From an uncultured Gammaproteobacteria bacterium (GTDB lineage: Bacteria > Patescibacteriota > Patescibacteriia > UBA1558 > 2-01-FULL-52-15), in assembly GCA_964402565.1 (NCBI GenBank), contig CAYOCJ010000001.1, forward strand, positions 32,079 to 96,078: a stretch of DNA of 64,000 bases, given 5' to 3'. Below are positions 56,132-64,000 of the stretch, piece by piece. Position 1 is the stretch's first letter. Each line of letters opens with the position of its first letter. The notes under the pieces are model-generated. The model had not been told where the DNA came from, did not search any database, and was given only the letters and a program-made list of their open reading frames with translations. Both the position numbers and the translations under genes were made by a program.

Positions 56132-58432
56132 ATGCGCAATAGAATAGCAATATACTTTTATTCAATTTTCGCAGCGATCTTTGTGATCAGCTTCGGATAT
56201 TTCTTTTTGCAGCAGCATCTGACGCCTGCGCAGAATACAAATACGCCAGGCACTGTCATTCCCGGAAATACTACTATTCCTAATGAACCATCCGGGGGTA
56301 CGGCGCTCGCGAAGTTTAATAGCTACGACCAGTTCAAGAAGTTTTTGGCTGACAATATGACAACTGCCGGATATGGTTCAGGCCCGGTCATGCGAAATAT
56401 GATGGGAGAGGCAGCGCCAGGCGTTGCGCTTGATCTGCCAAAAGAGTTCGCCGGCTTTTCTGGCCAATCCGTATCACAGGGCACTGATACTTCGCAGGCG
56501 CCTGATTATTCGCAGACCAATGTACAGATCGCAGGCGTAGACGAAGCAGACATTATCAAGAGTGACGGAACGTATCTATACATTGTTTCGAGAAATCATG
56601 TGCACATTGTTGCCGCAACGCCAGCTGCTGATGCGAAGATCCTTAGTACATTGAATTTTGATGATTACCCCCAAGAAATATATATCAGCGACGATCATAC
56701 GCGGCTGGCCGTATATGGTTCGCAAAACCAGATCTATCCGATGGGCGCGAATATTAAAATGATGCCGATCCGTAATTCAGGCCAGACATTCTTCAAGGTC
56801 TATGACATCACTGACAAAACGCAGCCAAAAGAAATACGAAAACTGAGCTTCGAGGGTTATGCGACCGATTCCCGCATGGTCGGGAACTATGTCTACTTTA
56901 TAACATCCAAAAACCAATACGATTGGTATAACGGCCCGTTCCCGCTGCCGCGCATCATGGATAATGACAAGCTGGTTGGAGGCGAGCCTGATGCTGCAGG
57001 CTACCGCTTCCCTGACGTCTACTATTTCCCATTCCCGTACCAGAGTTCTAACTTAACGACCGTTTCGTCCATCAATATCATGGATCCGAGCGTCGAGCTG
57101 TCGACCCAGAATTATGTGCTCGAGAATGGACAGCAGCTCTTCGTATCACCTGATAATATTTACATTACCTATACGAAGAATTTAGATTCCCAGGAGATCG
57201 AATATGATGTAATGAAATCGGTCTTCACTGATAAACTTACTGCAGAGGAGCGTGCACACGTACAGGAGATCGAAGCAGCGCCTAATTATATTCTCACAAA
57301 ATACGAACGACAGTCGAAAGCACAGGCTATATTCCAGATGCATCTTATGGCGTTGAATGAAAATGATCAAAAAGCCCTTGAGACTCAATTTGAGACTGCG
57401 GTAAAACAAAAGTATGCGGAGCTTGCGGATCAATTCGAAGTTACGAACATCTATAAGATTGGATTTAAGGACGGCGTTCTGACCTATCGCGGCAATGCCA
57501 GCGTTCCCGGCAGCGTGATCAATCAATTCGCTATGGACGAATCGAATGGCTATTTCAGGATCGCTACGACAAAAAATCCGGTGTGGATCCCGTATGGTGA
57601 AAACGATCAAAATCAAAAACCGTATAATAATCTGTATGTCCTTGATCCGGATATGAAGCGCGTTGGCGCTGTCGAGCATTTGGCAGAGGGCGAGAGGATA
57701 TATTCTGTGCGTTTCATGCAGGGCAGGGCGTATATGGTCACCTTCCAGCAGGTCGATCCGCTCTTCGTGATCGATCTATCTGATCCTGCGGCACCGCGCG
57801 TATTAGGCGAATTGAAAGTACCGGGATATTCAAGTTATTTGCATCCTATGGATGATACGACGCTTATCGGGCTGGGCAAAGAAACTGAAACGAATCAGTT
57901 CGGCTCTACGGTTCCGAAGGGAGTTAAGATCTCAATTTTTGATGTAGCTGATGTGGCGCATCCGGTAGAAAAAGCGAGTTATAGCTTCAATACGAATTCA
58001 TCTGATTCTCCGGCGCTCTATGACCATAAAGCATTTTTGTTCTCAGGCAGCAAGAATTTGCTCGTGATACCCCTGCAAGTATGGTCAGCCGGCGGATCAG
58101 CGCCGAAAGGCTTGTCGGATAACTTCATGGGCGCAGCAGTATTTACTGTGACGAAGGATAGCATCGCTTTGAAAGGTTTTGTGAAGCATGCCAGCGAGGT
58201 TCAGAATGGCTATTCCTATGATCAATACGTACAGCGCAGTCTGTATATCGGAGACGTACTCTATACCTTGTCAGATGCGTATTTGAAAGCGAGCGGTCTT
58301 TCTGATCTTTCCGAGATCAAATCGATCGCATTCCCTGCTGAGGACATAAAGCCGGTTCCGATACCTCTTGATGCAGGTGCAGCGCCAGGTGCAACATCCG
58401 GCAGCGCTCCTGCGGCAAAACCCGCCCAATAA
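56132..58432 (+). CDS. Secreted beta-propeller domain protein (Beta_propel family)
   Basis: YSQTNVQIAGVDEADIIKSDG, ERIYSVRF, VDPLFVIDL, GELKVPGYSSYLHP. Confidence 0.92.
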   Translation: MRNRIAIYFYSIFAAIFVISFGYFFLQQHLTPAQNTNTPGTVIPGNTTIPNEPSGGTALAKFNSYDQFKKFLADNMTTAGYGSGPVMRNMMGEAAPGVALDLPKEFAGFSGQSVSQGTDTSQAPDYSQTNVQIAGVDEADIIKSDGTYLYIVSRNHVHIVAATPAADAKILSTLNFDDYPQEIYISDDHTRLAVYGSQNQIYPMGANIKMMPIRNSGQTFFKVYDITDKTQPKEIRKLSFEGYATDSRMVGNYVYFITSKNQYDWYNGPFPLPRIMDNDKLVGGEPDAAGYRFPDVYYFPFPYQSSNLTTVSSINIMDPSVELSTQNYVLENGQQLFVSPDNIYITYTKNLDSQEIEYDVMKSVFTDKLTAEERAHVQEIEAAPNYILTKYERQSKAQAIFQMHLMALNENDQKALETQFETAVKQKYAELADQFEVTNIYKIGFKDGVLTYRGNASVPGSVINQFAMDESNGYFRIATTKNPVWIPYGENDQNQKPYNNLYVLDPDMKRVGAVEHLAEGERIYSVRFMQGRAYMVTFQQVDPLFVIDLSDPAAPRVLGELKVPGYSSYLHPMDDTTLIGLGKETETNQFGSTVPKGVKISIFDVADVAHPVEKASYSFNTNSSDSPALYDHKAFLFSGSKNLLVIPLQVWSAGGSAPKGLSDNFMGAAVFTVTKDSIALKGFVKHASEVQNGYSYDQYVQRSLYIGDVLYTLSDAYLKASGLSDLSEIKSIAFPAEDIKPVPIPLDAGAAPGATSGSAPAAKPAQ

Positions 58433-58479
58433 TCTTGCAAAAAACGTTTAAGCCTCCTTCAATGTTCTTGGGGAGGCTT

Positions 58480-58605
58480 TTAACGATTGATGAGCCAGCG
58501 AATGAACGCGACTTCAGCGATCTTGATGAGGATGAGAACGAGTATTGCTTTCCAGGTCAGAGACAAAATCCTGCGTACAACGTACTCCTTCGTTTTTTTC
58601 AGCAT
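58480..58605 (-). CDS. 41-aa cationic/hydrophobic peptide MLKKTKEYVVRRILSLTWKAILVLILIKIAEVAFIRWLINR (not in ORF track)
   Basis: Read manually; TCGACA-17-TAGTCT, CGTTCTTTAGGA, SD AGGAGG, terminator AAGCCTCC/GGAGGCTT right after the stop. Confidence 0.75.
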   Translation of the reverse strand: MLKKTKEYVVRRILSLTWKAILVLILIKIAEVAFIRWLINR

Positions 58606-58727
58606 GATTTCCTCCTAAAGAACGTTCATGGTATAGACTACGGTATTTCGCCTGAGGTGTCGAGGGTTGCGCTCTTGCGAAAAGACAGGTAGTATGGTGC
58701 TCATGCTTTTCGTGGAGTGATTTTTTT

Positions 58728-58804
58728 CGGGGTGTGGCGCAGTTGGCTAGCGCGCAGCGTTCGGGACGCTGAGGTCGCCCGTTCAAGTCGGGTCACCCCG
58801 ACCA
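58728..58804 (+). tRNA. tRNA-Pro(CGG)
   Basis: CGGGGTG acceptor, CAGCG-TT-CGG-GA-CGCTG, GTTCAAGTC, ACCA. Confidence 0.96.
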
Positions 58805-58818
58805 CCAGTACTATCGTT

Positions 58819-59379
58819 ATGCAAAAAACCAAGAACGTAAATATTAAATTTTTAAAATCAGCTTTGACCGACCATATGGTCGGCGCCTGGTTCCGCAGCT
58901 CGCGTTTTGTCATCAATAAGATTTTACGGCAGCTGAAGCCCGGGTATCGGTATATCGTAGAGTACGGCGCTGGTGACGGCGTTATCACGCAGCAGCTTTT
59001 GAAGCAATTACCGAAGGACGGCAAGGTCATCGCTTTGGAGATCAATCAGCTATTACTCGCTGAATTGCGCACCATCAAAGACCCTCGTTTGATCGTCCTT
59101 GATGCAAGCGTCGTAGATATGTCGAAAGATTTTTCCAGACTCGGTTTGCCTCATATCGACGCCGTGATCTCAGGCATTCCATTTACTTTTTTCCCTCCGC
59201 CGGTCAGGAAAGAGATCATGCAGAATACCTATAACGGCCTGATCGAAGGCGGACGGTTCATTGTCTACCAGTATTCATTGCTCATGTTCCCTCACTTGAA
59301 GCGCGCTTTCCCGAAGCGCCATTTCGTCTATGAACCGCGCAATGTCCTACCGTATTTCATAATGGTAGGGGAGAAGTAA
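58819..59379 (+). CDS. Class I SAM methyltransferase, phospholipid N-methyltransferase-like
   Basis: VGAWFRSSRF, VEYGAGDGVIT, DAVISGIPF, GRFIVYQYS, RNVLP. Confidence 0.85.
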   Translation: MQKTKNVNIKFLKSALTDHMVGAWFRSSRFVINKILRQLKPGYRYIVEYGAGDGVITQQLLKQLPKDGKVIALEINQLLLAELRTIKDPRLIVLDASVVDMSKDFSRLGLPHIDAVISGIPFTFFPPPVRKEIMQNTYNGLIEGGRFIVYQYSLLMFPHLKRAFPKRHFVYEPRNVLPYFIMVGEK

Positions 59380-59384
59380 GGCGC

Positions 59385-60416
59385 ATGGCGAATCTCGATA
59401 GCTACAATTTTGACTTTCCGAAAAAATTGATAGCTCAAAAACCGGCTCGTCCGCGCGATGCGGCTCGGCTGCTTGTTTTTGACCGGAGAACAAGAAAAAC
59501 AACATTCGCCTCATTTCGAGATCTACCGAGCTATATCCCAAAAGGCTCCGTTTTAGTTTTAAATGAGACAAAAGTAATCCCGGCACGATTATATCTCCGC
59601 AAGCCAACAGGCGGCATGGTAGAAGTATTGTATCTTTCAAGCACAAAAAAAAGCATCAAAACACTGGCAAATAAAAAATTACAGACTGGCATGCGCTTGT
59701 ATGTAACTAAGTCGTTATTTTTTACCGTGACCGGCAAGCGGGATTCTATATATTCGCTGAAGCCGTCGTTCGCATTAGCGCGTCTTGATGCGATGTTAAA
59801 AAAATTCGGCCATACGCCATTGCCGCCCTATATCAAGCACACGCCTCTTTCAGAAAGGAAATTACGGGAAGAGTATCAGGCAATTTTTGCAAAAGAGAAA
59901 GGATCAGTTGCAGCTCCTACTGCTTCTTTGCATTTCACGAAACGGCTGCTGAATGATCTCAAGAAGCGTGGCGTAGACATTGTATTTGTGACGTTGCATG
60001 TCGGCCTCGGAACATTTGCTTCGGTCACTGAAGAGCAGATCAAAACAAAAAAGCTACATGTCGAGCAGTATCATATCCCGCGCGCGACCGCAGCATTTTT
60101 ACATCAGGCTAAAAAATCAGGAAGACCGATCATCGCAGTTGGCACGACCGTTGTGCGGACACTGGAGTCGTCAGCTTCATCAAAGCAAAGCGGCTTTATC
60201 AGCCAACTCTCCGGCTCAACTGACCTTTTCATACAAGAAGGGTACCGATTCAAGGTCGTCGATGGCATGATCACAAATTTTCATGTACCCAAGTCGAGTT
60301 TACTGATGCTTGTTTCGGCCTTTGCCGGACGCGAGACTGTTTTGGGATTATACGATCGGGCAATTAAAAAAAATTTTCGATTATTTTCATTTGGCGATGG
60401 AATGTTTATTAGCTAA
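59385..60416 (+). CDS. queA: S-adenosylmethionine:tRNA ribosyltransferase-isomerase
   Basis: N.TKVIPARL, PLPPYI, AAPTASLHF, TNFHVPKS, FSFGDGM. Confidence 0.97.
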   Translation: MANLDSYNFDFPKKLIAQKPARPRDAARLLVFDRRTRKTTFASFRDLPSYIPKGSVLVLNETKVIPARLYLRKPTGGMVEVLYLSSTKKSIKTLANKKLQTGMRLYVTKSLFFTVTGKRDSIYSLKPSFALARLDAMLKKFGHTPLPPYIKHTPLSERKLREEYQAIFAKEKGSVAAPTASLHFTKRLLNDLKKRGVDIVFVTLHVGLGTFASVTEEQIKTKKLHVEQYHIPRATAAFLHQAKKSGRPIIAVGTTVVRTLESSASSKQSGFISQLSGSTDLFIQEGYRFKVVDGMITNFHVPKSSLLMLVSAFAGRETVLGLYDRAIKKNFRLFSFGDGMFIS

Positions 60417-60705
60417 AAAAACCAGGGTCGATACGCACACCTGATAGGCCTTCCGGCTTCAGTGTTCGCATCGACCCCTTTCAGCGCTCCGGTGCTTGCC
60501 TTTACTGCAGGTAGCCTGAAGGAGCGCCCTTCATTGTACTACAGGTTCAAGCTTCGCATGGTCCTCTAGGACCTCCTGCCGACTTTAGATCGGCGCTGGT
60601 TCGAGGGAACAACAGATGTTGCATTCAGCTTCAGGCCTATCAACAGGCTTTCCTGTTTCGCCGTAGGCACGCAATGCACAGAGCTGTTGATCACGCATGT
60701 AGGCA
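60415..60705 (-). ncRNA. Candidate ~290-nt structured RNA
   Basis: TTGACA-16-TACTGT upstream, five hairpins, terminal GGGTCGATGCG/CGTATCGACCC followed by a T-run. Confidence 0.45.
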
Positions 60706-60765
60706 TTACAGTACGCTCTGCAAATTTTTTGTCAATCGGAAGTAAATACTGTTATACTGGGGTTT

Positions 60766-61449
60766 ATGCAATGCGTCATACTCGCAGCAGGAAAAGGAAC
60801 GCGGATGGGCGATTTGACGTCTACGTCGCCGAAACCGATGCTTTCTATCGCAGGGAAGCCTATTTTGGATTATAAAATTAGGAATCTCCCGGGTGAAATT
60901 ACCGAGGTAGTGCTGGTCGTTGGCTACAATCATGCGGTCGTGCGAGAATATTTTGGTGTGACATTTGCCGGTAAGAAGATAACATATATTCATCAAGAGG
61001 TGTTAAATGGTACTGGAGCAGCAGTGCACGCTGCACAACATGCTCTGCAAGAAAAGTTCATGGTTATCATGGGCGACGATCTGTATTTTCGAGATGATCT
61101 GACAGCGCTGATCAGACATGAACGTGCCTTGCTCGCATACCAATTGGATGTGGATGGGATTTTTGGCACGGTCAAAGTGGATGCAAAGCATCGTCTAAAA
61201 GATGTTATTGAGAGATCGGAGGCGCATCGCGGAGATCTGGTAAATACCGGGGCTTATATGCTGACAAAAGATTTTTTCAGGTTTCCTTTGGTCTCAGTGG
61301 GCAATAATGAGTTCGGTTTGCCTCAAACTATGGCGCTGATGGCAAAAAATCTTTCTATCGAAGTGGTTTTGGCATCACGATGGCTTCCGGTAACGAATCC
61401 CGCTGATCTGTCGAAAGCTGAAAGGTCATTCCATCTATTTTATACTTAA
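60766..61449 (+). CDS. Sugar-phosphate nucleotidyltransferase family protein
   Basis: VILAAGKGTRM..LT...PKPML, GTGAA, MGDD. Confidence 0.92.
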   Translation: MQCVILAAGKGTRMGDLTSTSPKPMLSIAGKPILDYKIRNLPGEITEVVLVVGYNHAVVREYFGVTFAGKKITYIHQEVLNGTGAAVHAAQHALQEKFMVIMGDDLYFRDDLTALIRHERALLAYQLDVDGIFGTVKVDAKHRLKDVIERSEAHRGDLVNTGAYMLTKDFFRFPLVSVGNNEFGLPQTMALMAKNLSIEVVLASRWLPVTNPADLSKAERSFHLFYT

Positions 61450-61505
61450 AAGCATCACCGCTGAGCTTGTGCCGGCCACAATTCCGGACGTGATATACTA
61501 GGAAC

Positions 61506-62330
61506 ATGCAAAAAAAGCTGAGCGAGAAGCAAATTAATGATTTTCGCCGTACTGTTTACAGCCATTTTCGTAGACATGGACGCGATCTGCCATGGCGTCA
61601 TACGGAAGATCCCTACCAGATTTTAGTCTCTGAGATCATGCTTCAGCAAACGCAGGTAGATCGTACCATTCCTAAATTTAAAGAATTCATAAAGAAATTT
61701 CCAACCGTGCACTCACTAGCGCGGGCTTCAAAACAGCAGGTGCTCCAGGCATGGCAGGGCATGGGGTATAATCGGCGTGTACTGCATCTACAGGCTGCGG
61801 CTCAGGAAATACACTCGAAGTATAAAGGAAAAGTTCCGGATACGGTCGAAGCATTAGTCGCATTGCCTGGCATCGGGCCATACACTGCTCGCGCAATTCT
61901 TGCTTTTGCTTTTAATCAGCCAAATGTTTTGATCGAGACGAATGTACGGAGCCTGTATTTGCATCATTTTTTTCAAAATCGAAAAAAGGTTTCCGATGAG
62001 AGTCTGCTTCCGCTCATCGAACAAACACTGGATCGAAAGCATCCCCGGAAATGGTATTCAGCCTTGATGGACTACGGTTCGGATCTAAAAAAGAAGCAGC
62101 CTAATCCGTCGCGAAGAAGCAAACACCATGTGAAGCAGAGCAGGTTCGAAGGATCGGTCCGGCAGGCTCGCGGAGCTATTTTGCGAGAGCTGCTCAGTCA
62201 AAAAACTGTCTCTGAGATAAAGCTGCAACAAAAGACCAAGATCGAAAAAAAGAGGATTCGCCTGGCCCTGGAATCGCTCATGCATGACGAAATGATAGTG
62301 AAAAGGGGCGCATTCTTTCACCTGGCCTAA
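61506..62330 (+). CDS. mutY: A/G-specific adenine glycosylase (MutY-like, no FeS motif)
   Basis: RDLPWR, VSEIMLQQTQV, WQGMGYNRR, LPGIGPYTA. Confidence 0.9.
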   Translation: MQKKLSEKQINDFRRTVYSHFRRHGRDLPWRHTEDPYQILVSEIMLQQTQVDRTIPKFKEFIKKFPTVHSLARASKQQVLQAWQGMGYNRRVLHLQAAAQEIHSKYKGKVPDTVEALVALPGIGPYTARAILAFAFNQPNVLIETNVRSLYLHHFFQNRKKVSDESLLPLIEQTLDRKHPRKWYSALMDYGSDLKKKQPNPSRRSKHHVKQSRFEGSVRQARGAILRELLSQKTVSEIKLQQKTKIEKKRIRLALESLMHDEMIVKRGAFFHLA

Positions 62331-62441
62331 TGAAATATACGCACAATTTTGATGTATATATAGGATAGTGGCGAGATTTACTTGACGCTCAGATTTTAAA
62401 AAACTATACTAATACAACTAATTAAAAAGCTAACAATTCGT

Positions 62442-62945
62442 ATGAAAAATATGAAACGAGTATCGGTCCTGTTTTCAGTCTTAGCCGTTGCCTTGCTTAT
62501 CTCCGGATGCAAGCAACCTGCTCCAGCGCAACCAGACTCATCAAATATGAATGCTGATCAGCAGATGCAGCAAAATACCAACGATACGATGGATGAGAAT
62601 GCAAATATGCCGGCTCAGGATGACACTTCAGCAGCTCCGGCGCCAGCGCCAGCAGCAGCTCCACAGGGTCCGACCAAGACATTCAATGTCTCAATGGCGA
62701 ACTTCTCGTTCGACGTGAAGGAAATGAAGGTCAAGAAAGGCGATACTGTTACGGTTAATGTGAAGAACAATGAAGGGTTCCATGATTGGGTCATCGATGA
62801 CTTCAATACGCGGACCAAGCAGCTCAAGGCAGGTGAATCTGCAACAGTCACATTCGTAGCTGACAAGACCGGCACATTCGAATACTACTGCAGCGTCGGC
62901 CAGCACCGAAAGTTCGGCATGGTCGGTAAACTGATCGTTGAATAA
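62442..62945 (+). CDS. Cupredoxin-domain lipoprotein
   Basis: Lipobox ISGC; H...YYCSVGQHRKFGM. Confidence 0.92.
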   Translation: MKNMKRVSVLFSVLAVALLISGCKQPAPAQPDSSNMNADQQMQQNTNDTMDENANMPAQDDTSAAPAPAPAAAPQGPTKTFNVSMANFSFDVKEMKVKKGDTVTVNVKNNEGFHDWVIDDFNTRTKQLKAGESATVTFVADKTGTFEYYCSVGQHRKFGMVGKLIVE

Positions 62946-62952
62946 TTTCATC

Positions 62953-62986
62953 TTTCCGGCTTCCTGCATCCGCAGGAAGCCGGAAA
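62953..62986 (+). terminator. Perfect hairpin after cupredoxin gene
   Basis: TTCCGGCTTCCTGC/GCAGGAAGCCGGAA. Confidence 0.6.
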
Positions 62987-63036
62987 TCAGTTTCATGACT
63001 CGCTAGGACAAGAATGATTGTCCTTTTTGTAAACCT

Positions 63037-63759
63037 ATGATCGACACCGGCATTATCGGCATCGGAATAGCGTTCAGCGCAGGGCTTGTTTCCTTTGTTG
63101 CACCCTGCATTTTACCTTTGATACCAGGCTTCCTTGCATATCTCGCGGGTACTTCAGTTGCAGGAGCAACTCAAAAAAGAAAGGATCTCTTCATCCACAG
63201 CTTGCTCTTCGTAGTAGGTTTTTCTTTTATTTTTTCTCTGCTCGGCGTTCTATTGAACACCGTTCTTCAAAATGTCGCCTATGGAGCGCAGGAATGGCTT
63301 TCGCGCATCGGTGGTTTGATCATCATTTTTTTCGGTTTGTATTTGACCGGCCTGGTACATATCGGATTGCTTGAAAAAACTCTTAAGATACAGGTCAAAG
63401 AAAAGAGCGGCCGTTCCCGATATATTACCTCGGTGCTTTTTGGCGCGGCATTTGCTGCGGGCTGGACGCCTTGCGTCGGCATCGCATTGGGTGCGATCTT
63501 AGGGTTAGCTGCTTCACAGCCAGGAACAGCATTTTATCTCCTGATGGCGTACTCAATTGGACTCGGCATCCCTTTTTTGATCGCTGGAATTTTTGCCGCA
63601 GAGCTGCAGAGAGTTCTGAAGCGGCTGGGTGATTTCGCTCACTATTTGAACATCGTATTTGGTGTTATACTGATCATATTGGGAATACTTATTTTCACGC
63701 AGAACCTCTCGAAGATCGCAAGCTGGGAGCTTCTGAACCAAATACTATTGTCTCGATAA
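63037..63759 (+). CDS. ccdA: Cytochrome c biogenesis/DsbD-TM protein CcdA
   Basis: AGLVSFVAPCILPLIP, GWTPCVG, YSIGLGIPF. Confidence 0.93.
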   Translation: MIDTGIIGIGIAFSAGLVSFVAPCILPLIPGFLAYLAGTSVAGATQKRKDLFIHSLLFVVGFSFIFSLLGVLLNTVLQNVAYGAQEWLSRIGGLIIIFFGLYLTGLVHIGLLEKTLKIQVKEKSGRSRYITSVLFGAAFAAGWTPCVGIALGAILGLAASQPGTAFYLLMAYSIGLGIPFLIAGIFAAELQRVLKRLGDFAHYLNIVFGVILIILGILIFTQNLSKIASWELLNQILLSR

Positions 63760-63762
63760 TAT

Positions 63763-64000
63763 ATGAACGAAAAGAACCGACTTATCTTGCTGGCCATAGT
63801 TGTTGCAGCTATCATTGGGGCGATCGTGTACTTGCAAAAACAACATGTGACACCAATCGGAAATGTAGCGGGGAGCCAGGACGCAGCAATTTCTCCAAAA
63901 AAAATATCTATGACCGCTGACGAGAAAGCAAAAAAATACGAAACAGCCAAGGAGATCAGTACGCCGGACGGCTTCATCAACACGGATAAGATCAGCATCG
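63763..64000 (+). CDS. Membrane-anchored protein, probably thioredoxin-like CcdA partner (runs off window)
   Basis: Open to the window end; TM then AKEISTPDGFINT; context next to ccdA. Confidence 0.65.
   Translation, partial: MNEKNRLILLAIVVAAIIGAIVYLQKQHVTPIGNVAGSQDAAISPKKISMTADEKAKKYETAKEISTPDGFINTDKISI

Noticed and set aside
58435-58692. 85-aa plus-strand ORF in the track
   Set aside because: Shadow of the minus-strand peptide unit, which has SD, promoter and terminator
58717-58818. N-terminal extension of the methyltransferase ORF (likewise 8787-8873 of the GIY-YIG ORF)
   Set aside because: Overlaps a tRNA gene

Overview
This is a chromosomal window from a small-genome bacterium, most likely Patescibacteria/CPR. 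That assignment is an inference from gene content (CPR-type pilin, NYN protein between rpsO and pnp, FeS-less MutY, short IF2, tRNA-Ile(UAU)) and from housekeeping genes that mostly lack Shine-Dalgarno sites. The backbone carries an MFS efflux operon, sufCB/D-VUT-SU, rpsO-NYN-pnp, dksA-like-lspA, comM, clpP-rny-ymdB-hup, infB-rbfA-nrnA, an ABC exporter, a DEAD helicase, a desaturase, queA, mutY, ccdA and four tRNAs. Three layers are not explained by ordinary annotation. (1) At least nine dispersed 'guest' transcription units share one grammar: sigma70-like promoter, rrn-boxA-like motif, strong SD-led ORFs and a GC-rich terminator, in several cases with 5' leader and 3' trailer able to base-pair. 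They encode diderm-type proteins (TonB C-domain, ExbB/TolQ, outer-membrane beta-barrel, two STAS anti-anti-sigma factors) and unannotated small peptides. (2) An array of AT-rich single-gene cassettes lies behind tRNA-His, separated by copies of the tRNA 3' end and terminator and decorated with REP-like palindromes, next to a GIY-YIG gene. (3) Several long structured non-coding RNA candidates are present. All motif, pairing and family calls were made by eye; no database search or folding program was run.
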